Origin: Phyllosticta citribraziliensis | Taxonomy: Eukaryota | Assembly: GCF_038025025.1 (NCBI RefSeq) | Contig: NW_027117339.1 | Span: 1,984,001-2,048,000 of the forward strand | DNA: 64,000 nucleotides | Direction: 5' to 3' | Part shown: piece by piece, positions 1 to 11,778 of the stretch | Numbering within the stretch: the first letter of the stretch is position 1 | Layout: each line of letters opens with the position of its first letter | The notes under the pieces: model-generated | What the model saw: only the letters and a program-made list of their open reading frames with translations | Databases searched by the model: none | What the model was told of the DNA's origin: nothing | Program-made: the position numbers and the translations under genes

Positions 1-986
1 AGTCCAGCAAAGAGACGGCGAATCGTGCGCCATGCAATCAAACACAAACAGCAATGGGAGGTGGATCCGACACTTACGCCCCAGGACGAGAAGGTGTTTG
101 GCGGCCAGATGTTGCGTGCAATCTCACTTACGCTGGGCGCCGTTGGATTCGATGGCGCAATGCCCTCTGCTCTAGAAATGTTCCGAGCGCAAACTGAAGA
201 ATGTGCGACAATAGTCTTTATTGAAAGCTGAGGACTGCAGTGTGCTGACACTCTACAGTCATGCTGCACTTCCTCGCCGACGTGCGAGCCTCCATGCAAC
301 TCGCCCGCCGTACCGCACCACTCCCGGCCGACTTTGCTCTCGCCCTCGCACACACGGGCTACACAGCTTCCGACTTCGAGCCCCATCTCAAGTTAGGCAT
401 ACCGCCAGAGATCACTCAACCGCCGCTACCACCTCCTCCTCGGGCTGAATCGCCTCCGCCCAAGCTGGACGAGCTTCTGGGCAAAGAGTTATCCGGCGTC
501 AGCGAAAAGGCCACTCGTCCTTGGATTCCCGGTCATCTACCCGCTTTTCCGAGCAAGCACACATGGCAGTCGACCCCGTTGTATCCCAATCGCGAAACAG
601 ATCCCCGGAAGATACGCGAGCGGGCGGCGCAGGAGGGCATACTGGCCGAGCAGGCATTGAGGAAGCTCATGGCAGCAAATCGGGGCGGTCCGACGAAGCG
701 AGCACCGAGCGGGGCTAGCAGTGACACCGTCAAGGACAAGCCGGCCATACCACAGACCAGCGAAGTGTGGGAAGAGGCGATGAAGGAAGTCATGATAGAA
801 GAGGCGGCAAAGAACAACTCGGCAGGAGGGCTCGAGGTGGACTCTCTCGACCCGTTCAGCACGGAAATCAATTCTTCCGGGCGGCAGAAGAATGACGAAA
901 AGAACGCGGTAGTGGACGCTGGATTATTGGTCAATTATGACCAAAAGTACTGGAGAAAGGGCGCGCAGATGGGGAGTTGGAGATGA
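1..986 (+). CDS. TAF8: TFIID subunit 8-like protein (bromodomain-associated histone fold plus TAF8 C-terminal motif); 5' end probably outside the window
   Basis: Intron 203-258 (GTGCGA...CTGAC...CAG) joins ...GFDGAMPSALEMFRAQTEE to FMLHFLADVRASM...RRTAPLPADF. The motif WIPGHLPAFPSKHTW...RERAAQEGILAEQALRKL is typical of TAF8_C. Confidence 0.85.
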
Positions 987-1379
987 TTCGTTTGAGTAGC
1001 GGGTTCAGGCGGGGAGCTTTCGAATTTCAGCGCGGCATTGGGGCATGGGAAAATGGAGTCTTGGGTGCATTCTGCAAAATAAGCCGGCCTTTGCGCCTGC
1101 TTGACGACATCATTACGGTCGCTGGGATGGTATACATCTCGAATTGGAAGCGATCGGAACGAACAGGTCTTTATGGGATTCGCATTCACGTCCGGAGGCT
1201 CACATAATCTTTGTCAAAGGCGTGGGAGGGAGAGCAATGGTGGCTAGCCCTGGCCTCTGCACATTTATACCCTCACTGTATTTTTCAATTCATAAACGGA
1301 CTCCAGAATTTTGAATCTCTGCACTCGATTTTAGTGCTGTCAATTCGCAGACTTTGTCTGGTAGTGATCGCGGCAAACG

Positions 1380-1701
1380 TCACCACCTCGACTCCAGATC
1401 CTCCCACGACGTCGTCTCGACCGTCAAACCATTCGCGCACCTACAACGGCGGCGGCCAATCAGCATAAAATCTTCCAAGTCTCGAAACGGACGCGACGTA
1501 CTTGCGGAACATTCTAACGAGCGGCCTGCACTTGACAAACGGCTGGCTGACACGGCGCTCGACCCAGCAGTCGTACTGCAGCATCTCCATCAACTTGCAT
1601 TTCTCCAGGTCCACCCCGCCCTTTCGATAGCGGCCCTTTGCGTTGAACTGCGCGCGGGCTTCGAGCTCCTCCGGGAGAAAGTGCTCAATCGGCGGTGCCA
1701 T
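1380..1701 (-). CDS. SOM1: Mitochondrial inner membrane peptidase accessory subunit Som1
   Basis: Exons 1701-1502 and 1440-1380; intron 1441-1501 (GTACGT...TAG). Spliced product contains VDLEKCKLMEMLQYDC...CRPLVRMFRKCANGLTVETTSWE, matching the Som1 Cys pattern. Confidence 0.85.
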
Positions 1702-1913
1702 TTTTGTTCGCCTGTCTGTTCAATCGTCCGTGTGTCGCTGCCGCCGCCAACGCCGCCGGCCTGCTTCCGGTTCTGCTGCTGTCGCGGTTGATCAGTCAGC
1801 CGGCACACGCGAGGTCATGCGCTGGGATTTGAAGATTAAAGAGCCAGGAATGGGAGCGCACAGGTGACAACTGTGTTTGGAAAGGCAAGGGCTCGTTCAG
1901 CTGCAGGAGGGCG

Positions 1914-3245
1914 ATGAGCGCTGAGGATCTGGGACGGAGGTTGTTGGGGGAGGTCGAGGAGGCGGGCTTGGATGAGGTTGGTCTTGTTTGATGTTTTGCT
2001 CCAACCAACGTATTTGCAATTCTTTCCTACACAACTTGAACTGACATATTATCTCTGGTTTAGGTTCTTAGTTCTATCAAGGCTCTTGCTGACTCGGGGA
2101 CCTCATCACATTTCGGCATTCCACCGCTGGACCATCTGCTAGGAGTTTTCGAACGTCATGCTACTTCTCCTGCAGCTCAACGAAGAGCGCCCGGCTCTCC
2201 ATCTAAAAACCAGAGATCGAATTACTCACAGAATTTTAATGCTCGGACCCCAGCTGTCGAGCTCACCTCTCTCGGCCCAGGCGCAGGAAAGACTCATCTG
2301 CTGTACCTAATCACCGCGCTCGCAATCCTGCCTGAGGTTCACAGTGGTATCGACCTCCAAGGACATGGTGGCACGGTTGTCTTCATCGACACAGATGGAT
2401 GCTTCTCCGTTGAACGCTTCGTTCAAGTAATGCAATGCCACATAGAGCGCCGCATCAAACAACACAATAACGCCACAAGCTTTGACGAAGCGAGACCAGG
2501 ACGACAGGAGGCGAGCATCAGCGAGACCGAGCAGAGATCAATGATATGCCACGCCCTCGACCACGTCCACATCCTCCAACCGCAATCGCACGCCGCCGTC
2601 CTGTCGACACTCAGCCAACTGTCAGCCTACTTGTTCGACGGCTCAGCGCACAAGTCTCTCCTCCGGCCGCTGCAATGCATCATCCTCGACAGCGCCGGCG
2701 CCTTCTTCCACCCGCTCAAAGCGGCTGAAGAGCAAGCACTGCTGCTTCAACCGCCCAACAATGTCACTTCCTCTCAAACAACAGCAGCAGCAGCAGCAGC
2801 AGCAACGCCACCAACGACATCCGAAGCCTACGCCTCCCTTGTCCGTGAGCTGCGGAGCCTGCAACATCGGTTCCAATGCGCCGTCATCGCAACAACAGCC
2901 TCGCTGTCCGTGTCCAAACTCGACGCTGGCAACGCGCCGCTGCCGACGCTGCGCCCGTTGCTCCCGCCCGCTTTCACCTCGTTTGCGACGCTGCGGCTGG
3001 CCGTGACAAGGGAGATTGTGCCGGCATTCCCGCCGGCCATGAGCGTGCAGGAGGCGCGCCGGGAGCGTGGGCAGAGGCAGGGCGTCGTAGAGCAGGGTCG
3101 CGTCCGCGTGTCGGTGGATGGGTGGGGCGCCGATGGGTGGGGGAGGGAGCTAACGGAGAGTGTGCTGGGATTGAGGGATAGGGCCGCGTGGGACTTGCGG
3201 ATCACAAGGGACGGTGTGATTTTGGAGGAGGATGAGGCGTCATGA
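1914..3245 (+). CDS. Rad51 paralog, XRCC2-like
   Basis: ATG 1914 (MSAEDLGRRLLGEVEE); intron 1977-2063. Walker A VELTSLGPGAGKTHLLY, then VVFIDTDG, Walker B CIILDS and FQCAVIATT. Confidence 0.85.
2782..2804 (+). repeat. (CAG/GCA)n coding microsatellite (poly-Ala in the XRCC2-like frame)
   Basis: cagcagcagcagcagcagcagca seen directly. Confidence 0.9.
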
Positions 3246-3575
3246 GACGAGCATGGGTACAGGATGGGAGGACCGATATTTGTTTGTATTTTATCTGCTG
3301 AGGCACAACGTGCTCAGGATTGTATATGGCTCTAAAAGACCTGGTTCTATCGCGGGAGGCCTCGACAAGTCCACAAAGTGCAATGGGGTATCTAAAGTAA
3401 TTGGAGGGCTTAACAGGGGTTGTGAAGCTCTTGTATGTATAGACACTGAGCTACCAAGGAGGAGAATGGCTAGACTTTTACGCTTCGAATCCTCGTCTGT
3501 GGCAATGTAGAAACTTTCTGACTACCGTACCGCTCAAGCCCGAGTCGAACGGGCGGTCGTACCGGACCCGAGTGC

Positions 3576-5023
3576 TTAGAACAAATGGTTAGAGCCAGGC
3601 GTTGGTGCGCTGTCGAACTTTTTCAAACCCTTCTCGGGCCTCCTCAACATCTCCATCATAATGATTGCAGAAGCAACGCTGACGTTCATACTGTCAACGC
3701 CAACGTCGAGCGCCTGTACTCCTCGGATTCCAACCTGGTAATTGGCCCTCGCAGCCAACTTGGCGTCGATGCCCGTATGCTCGCCACCCATCATGAGTAT
3801 CACGGGGTGTCTAGCGAGAGGGACGTGATTGGACATCACGGTCTTTGTAGATCCGCGGTGGAAACTGACGAGTGGCGACGTGTTTCGCTGATCAAGCGCC
3901 TGTGCATTCCAGTCCTCGTTGAATGAGAGGTTGTCTTCGGGTGGCGGCGGTGCCTCGGCCGCGTATGTGCGCCACCCATTGTTTCCACTCTCGAATATAA
4001 ATTGATAAGGGTTGGATACTCGCAGGATTTGCACCGCTTCGGTGGCTCCGGAAGATGCCTTGATCACCACTGGGTCGTCGACGGACGCTGTGCTCCTGGA
4101 CGCCAAAGCGACAGCATCAACGCCCAAGTAGTGTGCCGAGCGAAGTATGCCTCCCAGATTACCCGTGTCAGTAATTCCGTATAGGAACAGGACAAGAGGA
4201 TATCTCCAGCCATGACTGTTGTAACGAATTCTATTGTCGGTGCCGTTGATCAACATCTCCTCGGGACTCTGACGGCCTTGGGTCACATTAAACCATGGGT
4301 AGAGGCGAGAGACGGCAGTCAGCCTTTCAACCGGCTTGACTGGTAGGGGCGAGGTCTCGAGGACAATACCCTGGTCCGGTTATTTGGAGATCTACATTGC
4401 GAAGGCCGACATTTGCTTACGTTGTGTGGTCTGCCCCCGCTGATTCGGTCCATGACGGCCAAGAAGTCCTCCTTGACTTGCTTCACCTGGACTCTGCCTT
4501 CTTTAGAAGCCAGAGCAAGTATCATGTCTTGCTCGTGCATCTCTTTCTCCTTTTCTTGTGCGGAATGAGCCCGCCGTCTTGCCCTTGGGTGATAGTAAAG
4601 CTTGTATAGAAGCCTCCGTTTGGCTTTGAGAGCTGCGAGAACACTCGAATAGCCGAATATGAATTTTGAGGCAGCTGTGGTGTGCGGGACTGAAATTGAA
4701 CCAAATTGCTGCGGCTCGTCTTGGCTTTGGGACCGACTGTCATCTGCATCTGCGATGTATTAGTCCAAGCTGGGATTGTTTCAAGGAAAATGGAGCTCGC
4801 CTTGTTGTTGCCCGTCAACCGGCGTCCAACGTCCTCCTCTCCGCTGTCGCGCTTCGTATTTGGCTATTTGCGACCTCATTTTGTCGGCATTGCTGTCGCC
4901 GCGAAGACCATGGTGAATCGCAGACATGGTGGTGATTGATCGTTGTGGTAGTCGTCGGCTGCGGCGAAGACAAGAGGCGCAAATTCCAGGCCATTTTGGC
5001 GTGGCCGCTATAGTCGGCCGCAT
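3576..5023 (-). CDS. MRM1: Mitochondrial rRNA 2'-O-methyltransferase (SpoU/SPOUT family)
   Basis: Arg-rich presequence MRPTIAATPKWPG...SAIHHGLR. Introns 4750-4800 (GC-AG) and 4371-4420 (GT-AG). Motifs GITDTGNLGGILRSAHYLG, MGGEHTG and VDSMNVSVASAI. Confidence 0.9.
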
Positions 5024-5508
5024 GGCAGTCGAATTGGCGATGATGGCCAAAGTGGTAGCTGCTAAGGTAAGGTCCGGTATGCGACAGAGGGACAATAATG
5101 CAGTCGCAGGCGCAATTCCTCGACCGCCGCACTCACCGCCAGCGCACAGACGTTCGATCGCCAACTTCCGTTCCGAGGGACCGAGCGCTACCCGGCGACC
5201 GGGATGGTCAGGTCCCCGTCACGACAAAGCAACCGACGCGTCTCCCGTGAGTCGGTACGCGATCAACCTTCGCCGACTGCAAACCCAACCCAAAACTCGC
5301 GCCATTCTCCAGCAATTGCTTGACCCTCCGTAACTTCTCACGACCTCGACCGCTCTCGCGACGCATCCACAACGCATCGACACGCGACCACATTCGCCTC
5401 GGATAGATGAGACTGTGCTGTCTCGACCTCTGGTTGTCTTCGACGGCCGTTCAGGACCGATTTTGCGCCACTTAATACCTTCCGCCTGCCATTCGATCAT
5501 CTGCGACC

Positions 5509-8500
5509 ATGGACGACGATTCCGACCTTGAAGTCGTCTCCACAAGCCCTGCTGCCCGCAACATCATGGCCACTTTGCGCAAACAGCAGCTGCCACGGGA
5601 CATTGACAGAGTGTCAGTCGTTCCGTCGCCGATAGCAAACAAGCACGAGTACAAGTGGGACGAGCGATGGGACAGAGTCGAAGAGATTCTGGAGGAGGTT
5701 GAGGATACAGATGTTGTCCAATATACCGTTCGATTTGGCGATACGCGCACGGAAACAGTAAGTGGCTCTGTGCCTGCCTGCAGAGGCGCGTCTATTCAAG
5801 CATGTGACTACTTGCGGCAGCCAGTTTAAAAGACCTCTTACTCACTTTCACGCCGTCACCAAACACACAACACCTCTCTCCATCAGATCACTAACCACCT
5901 CTACCTGCAGGTGCCATTTGAGACGCTTCTCAAATTGGACAACGGGTCCTCTGCGCTCGAACAATTCCAACAAAACCCCAACATCAGCAAGACTTCAAAC
6001 GAGGACACCAGCGAGGACGAATTGAACGCAAGCGACGACAACATGAGGCTGAGGCTTCGAATGTCGGATCAAACCTCGGAAGACAACTTCACCTCAGATC
6101 AAGAAGTCAGGAGATCAACTCGCCAGCGCCATGTTCGCGGTTTGCGGTACACTCGTGGCGATTTCCCAAGCTCATCGTCAGAAGAAGAGGCTCTCCAGAT
6201 AGACTCTGACAGTGACACGCCCGCGTTGTCAGTGCGCCGGAGCAGTCGCCGTGCGGCTCAACCCAAGAAGAAAACCGCCTCAAATTCCAGAGTCACGAGA
6301 CAATCACGTCGCCAGATCACCGTCTCTGAGAGCTCAGAGTCCGGAAGTGACTCAGACGACGGTATCCCACGGCTGCGCTCAGACGTCATCCCACGGAAGC
6401 GCAAGCGGACCTCGCGTGACGATGAATCCTCAAAAATGGCCCGCGTCGGTACGCGCCGATCGGACCGTGCCACAAGACATCAGGAGAACATGGAGGATCC
6501 AGGCCTGGACGATAATCTGTACCGCCAAGAGGAGCCTAAAAGCGCTGCAGTGCCCAAAGCCTCCGGAGCGAAAGAAGTCTTCAAAGAGCTTCCGCGTACA
6601 GACCCGTTCCGGCTTCGCCACATTCAACAATGCGATACTTGCGGGAATGGATCAACTATTGGGCCTCTGATCTACTGCCAGGGCTGCCAGTTGTCCTACC
6701 ACAAGGGCTGCCTTGGACATCGCACCGGCCGAGAACACCTAGTCACAAAAATTGCCGAAGATGAGTTTGTGCTGCAATGCCGTCGATGCGTCAACGCTCA
6801 CAAGAAGCGTGACATCCATGCGCCGGACCTCGACAAATGCCAGGTCTGCCGCAAAACTGGCACCGCGTGCCAACCATTCCGTCAGCGCAAAAGCGCTCTC
6901 CAAGAACAGAAAGAACGCGAGGACAATGATGGCGAAGACCCAATCTGTCATCTTCCCAACGGTCTTGTCAACAACCCTTTCCATATTCTCTTCCGCTGCA
7001 TGACCTGCTGGAGGGCCTTCCACTTTCACCATCTTCCACCAAAGTCAGCTCACCACTTGGACATCGACGAGGAAGAGGAAGAGACTGCTGAACGTCGCTT
7101 TTCAGAGTACTCGCAGTCATGGAAGTGCAGGGACTGCTCTGAGATGCCGGTGAAAGTTGGAGGCATCATTGCCTGGAAGCCAACGGACGAGGAGTCTTAC
7201 ATGCCTGGAATGACATGCGAGCATGTCGACGAGGATGAGAAGGCGTACCTGATAAAGTGGGAAAAGCTCTCCTATTTCCGAGCTGCGTGGATGTCGGGAG
7301 CATGGACGTGGGGAGTCACAGCATCAAGCATGAGGAAGGCCTTCTTCAAGAGGGAGACGGGCCCGAAGATGAGGACCGAGGATGCCATTCCCGAAGAGTT
7401 CCTGCGCATTGACATCGTGCTTGATGTTAAGTACACCAACGTCATCGACGTCCGCACTGAAGATATCGACAAGGCGCGAATCAAAGAGGTCGACGAAGCT
7501 TTGATCAAGTACAAGGGTCTTGGCTATGAAGACGCTGTTTGGGAGAAGGTGCCTACGCCCGAGGACGATGATCGCTGGCTCGACTTTGTCACTGCCTACA
7601 ATGACTGGGTCCTTGGTCGTTATACGCATGCACCCAAAAAGAGTCCGCTCCAGGTGCGCCTCGAGAAGGCTCGATCTCAGCCATTCACAAAGCTCGAAAA
7701 GCAGAAGCAGCCAGACAACTTGCAATCCGGCATGGAGCTGATGAAGTATCAAATCGACGGTCTCAATTGGCTCTACTACCAATGGTACTCCAAGAAGAAC
7801 GGAATTCTCGCCGACGAGATGGGTCTCGGCAAGACCATTCAAATCATCGCCTTCCTCGCGACTCTGATCCAGGATCACAATTGCTTCCCTTTCCTGGTCG
7901 TCGTTCCAAACTCCACTTGCGCCAACTGGAGACGCGAAATCAAGCAATGGGCACCATCTCTCAGGGTTGTCACGTACTTCGGCTCCTCCTTGGCCCGCAC
8001 CATGGCATATCAATATGAGATGTTTCCGGAGGGCAGCAAAGACCTTCGCTGCCACATCGTCGTAACATCCTACGAAGCCGCCGCTGACGACTCTTGCAGG
8101 AAATTCTTCAAGAGTGTCTCTTGGGCTGGGTTGGTCGTCGATGAAGGCCAGCGCTTGAAAAGCGACAAGAGCATCCTTTACAATGCTCTCAATGGACTCA
8201 AGATTCCGTTTAGGGTTTTGCTGACTGGCACTCCTCTCCAAAACAATGCCCGGGAGCTGTTCAATCTGCTCCAGTTCTTGGACGACACCATTGACGCAAC
8301 TGCGTTGGAGGAGGAGTACGCAGACATGACAAACGAAAAGATCAAGGAACTCCATGACTTGATCCGCCCTTATATCTTGCGAAGGACCAAGGCTCAAGTT
8401 CTCACGTTCCTGCCGTCCATGGCGCAAATCATCGTCCCCATTTCGATGAGCGTCCTGCAAAAGGAGCTGTACAAGTCTATCCTGGCCAAGAATCCGGAGC

Positions 8501-10644
8501 TGCTCAAAGTCCTCTTCTCGACAAACCGACATCTCAAATTGAACGAGCGAGCGAGTCTGAACAACATCCTCATGCAGCTCCGCAAGTGCTTGTGCCATCC
8601 CTTCGTCTACAGCCAGGAAATTGAGGAGCGCACGGATGTAGCTGCCGTATCACACCGCAACCTGGTCGAAGCCTCGGCGAAACTGCAATTCCTGGAGCTT
8701 TTGCTCCCCAAGCTGAGGGCGGCTGGACACCGTGTCCTCATCTTTAGTCAATTTCTGGACATGCTCAACATTGTCGAGGACTTTTTGGATGGCATGGAAA
8801 TGGCTTACGGTCGGCTGGACGGCACCATTGGGTCTCTCGAAAAGCAAAAGCGTATCGATGAGTTCAATGCTCCCGGCTCTTCGCTCTTCGCGTTCCTGCT
8901 TTCCACGCGCGCGGGTGGCGTCGGAATCAATCTTGCCACTGCTGATACCGTCATAATTCTGGACCCAGACTTCAATCCTCATCAGGACATACAAGCGCTT
9001 TCTCGGGCGCATCGCATTGGTCAAAAGAACAAAGTCCTTTGCTTCCAGCTCATGACTCGGGTCAGCGTGGAAGAAAGGATTGTCCAGATTGGTCGCAAGA
9101 AGATGGCTCTGGATCACGTTGTAGTTGAGTCCATGGACGCTGATGACCTGGAGGAGAAGGACGTCCAGTCAATTCTCAAGCACGGTGCAGCAGAATTGTT
9201 CGCAGAAGACAACTCTGGCCAGGATATCAAGTATGATGAAGCGTCGATCGACAAGCTGCTTGATCGCAGCCAAATTGAAGAGTCAAGAACTGGCGCTGAT
9301 GCTACTGCTGAGAGCCAGTTCAGCTTTGCTCGTGTCTGGGCAAATGACTCCGGGGCATTGCAAGACTCGCTTGACATCAATGGTGATGAGGAAGTGGCTC
9401 CTCCTGACCCAACTGTGTGGGAGAAAATCCTGCAGGAACGTGCAAGAGCTGCGGCTGCGGATGCCGCCAAGAAGGACGAAAATTTTGGGCGCGGCAAACG
9501 AGCACGCATGGTAGGTGACTTGAAAGAAAGGAGTGTCCATGTTGCTGACATACTACAGCTTGTGGACTACAATGAACCCGTTGCCGAGGCCGAGGCAGAA
9601 GCTCCAGAAGAAGGCCCTCCTGTGGAGCCGGAGAACATTCGTCGCCGCAAGAAGCCAAGCACTGACAGCGACACTGACTTCCAAGCCAATGATTCTGACG
9701 ACGAGAGCATTCCAGAAGAAGAGCTGCAACAAGAGGACGCCCGAGATCTCAACACGGAATCCCGCAGTACCCAAGTCCATGGTATTGCTGCTGCCGGCCA
9801 AGGCCGTATTGACACTTCGACTGGTAAGTTGGTCATTACCATTGAATGAGCTGTTGGACTTTTGATTCATGCGCTCTGCTACACGTTATTATTCTTTTCT
9901 CGCACGTTTGCGATTGTCCCTTTGTTGATGCGCACAAATACACAAACACGACTCTGACCCCAAGTAGTTGCCAAAAAGCGGAAACCTGAGCGTAAACCCG
10001 AGCGTAAACGCTTCGAGCGTGCCCCTGATCCCCAGTTTCCGCCAGGCTTCCCATCCCACCTTTCAGTTCCGAAAGGCTACATTCGCAACTGTCCAGCCTG
10101 CCAGCACACCCACCCCATTGGCGCGTGTCCGCTCAAGATTGCTGGTGCTGAGTATTGCAATTTGTGCGGCCTGGCGCACTTTGGCTTTGCCCGCTCGTGC
10201 CCACACATCAACTCGGAAACTCAGGTGCGCGAGATGCTTGCTACCCTCAAACACAGCAATGAGCCACGCCACATCGTCGAGGCAGCCACGAAATATCTTC
10301 GTGGTGTCAAGGGCACCCTGGTTCAAAAGAAGAAGCAGCAAGCAGAGAAGCGTGCAGCTTTGGCCAACAATGCTTCTGTCATGAATACCAACGGACACGT
10401 CATTCCAAACCAGAGCCGTGCGCCTACCACTCCTGGCCCGAATACTTGGGGAATGGGGATTCTTGTGCCCTCTAAACCAGGACATCACCAGTCCCAGTCC
10501 GCAAGCGCCTACAGGCCCAATCCTGATCTTCATTCGCGGACTCAGCCGCCAGCCGGTGCTCAGCCAAGCAACAATGAGGCGGCTGTTGTCGCTGCCTTGA
10601 CTGACTACCTTCAAGCGCAGGACAGGCCATCTGCCAGTACTTGA
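5509..10644 (+). CDS. MIT1: Mit1-like CHD/SNF2 chromatin remodeler (PHD fingers, chromodomains, helicase, C-terminal Zn fingers)
   Basis: Introns 5758-5910, 9511-9558 and 9824-9967. Motifs GILADEMGLGKT, VDEGQRLK, LLTGTPLQN and QALSRAHRIGQ. The last exon encodes CPACQHTHPIGACP and CNLCGLAHFG...CPH. Confidence 0.9.
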
Positions 10645-11778
10645 TTTCCCTTTCCTTAGCACTTGCCTTTCTTCTCTTCACTGCACACATTCACAATTAC
10701 CCTTTAGGGCTTAGGGATTCGATGCCTGGTCGTCAGAAGAGACTACGACATTGAAACGGTGCAACTAGCGGTTCCTGGATTCTTGATTTCATCTTATTTC
10801 CCCCAATTGCATCGGGGCTCTTGCACTTTGGGTTTTCCTTCGAATTCACTCTTCGGCTTGCAGGCTTCCGCTTGACAGGAGGCGTGGCGCCAGGCAGAAC
10901 GGGGTGGGTTTCGTCACCGGGGTGAGTCATGGCGTCAGTCTGCGGGCTTATTCTATTTCCCCTAAAAGTTCAGATACGGATCAGATAGACTTGAGAGCGA
11001 ATAAAAAATGCTTATGTTTTGTATGTTGGCCTTTAAGGTGAAGTGTATCTGAAAAAGAACCGATCCTGGCAGTTGATGGCTGGTGTGGGTATGATGAACT
11101 CGCTGCCAACAGCCGTGACCAAGGCAGCGGCGTCAAAAGACTTGTTGTGACTTACGCTTGATCTCAGCACAACGTATGGATACTAAAAAGAAAACCACGC
11201 CGACGATGCGGATGTTTGGCGGCCCGCCAAAGAAGAATTCCAAAAGCAAAATGTCCGACGAGGGACACAAGGACAAAGGAGGGCAAAACAGTTCAGACGC
11301 GGGCGAACCCGCATCCTACATCTGCCCGCCCAAGAGGTCCAGCGGAAATGCACCCTCTTGTGTGTCCGATCCGTGGATCGAACTCACGACCGCCAGGTCT
11401 ACGGTTGGGGGGGTGCCGCTTCGACAGAATCATTCGCAGTCGAAGAACGTCATACTGTACCACGGTGCCACCCAAGCTCGCTGGCGGTTGATGGGAAGGA
11501 GGTCGCGTTTTTGGATTATATAGCCACGTTCTTACCGGGTTTGGGGTTTTGGCTGAGAATGGGTTCTGGGGTTGGATTTGAGTGTCATTGCTGCTGTCGA
11601 TTGATGTCACGTCGTCGTCGGCGTCACTGTCTTCACCTCCACCACAAGTCACAATCAACTCCATCATTTGGCGACAAAATTGCAAGATTCTCAAATCATT
11701 TGGACTGATTTATCTAAGCAGAAGCAGACGCTACCTCAAGGACCGACTTCCCAACGAACACGCCAACAACCCAAGCAC

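Noticed and set aside
7324..8598. 424-aa antisense ORF inside MIT1, and similar long antisense ORFs over MOT1 (27674-28879) and GLN1 (33893-34753)
   Set aside because: Shadow frames of GC3-biased genes with no recognisable motifs.
10704..10716. TTAGGGCTTAGGG telomere-like or telomerase-template-like sequence
   Set aside because: Only two interrupted units in the MIT1 3' region; no TAACCCTAA template or other telomerase RNA elements.
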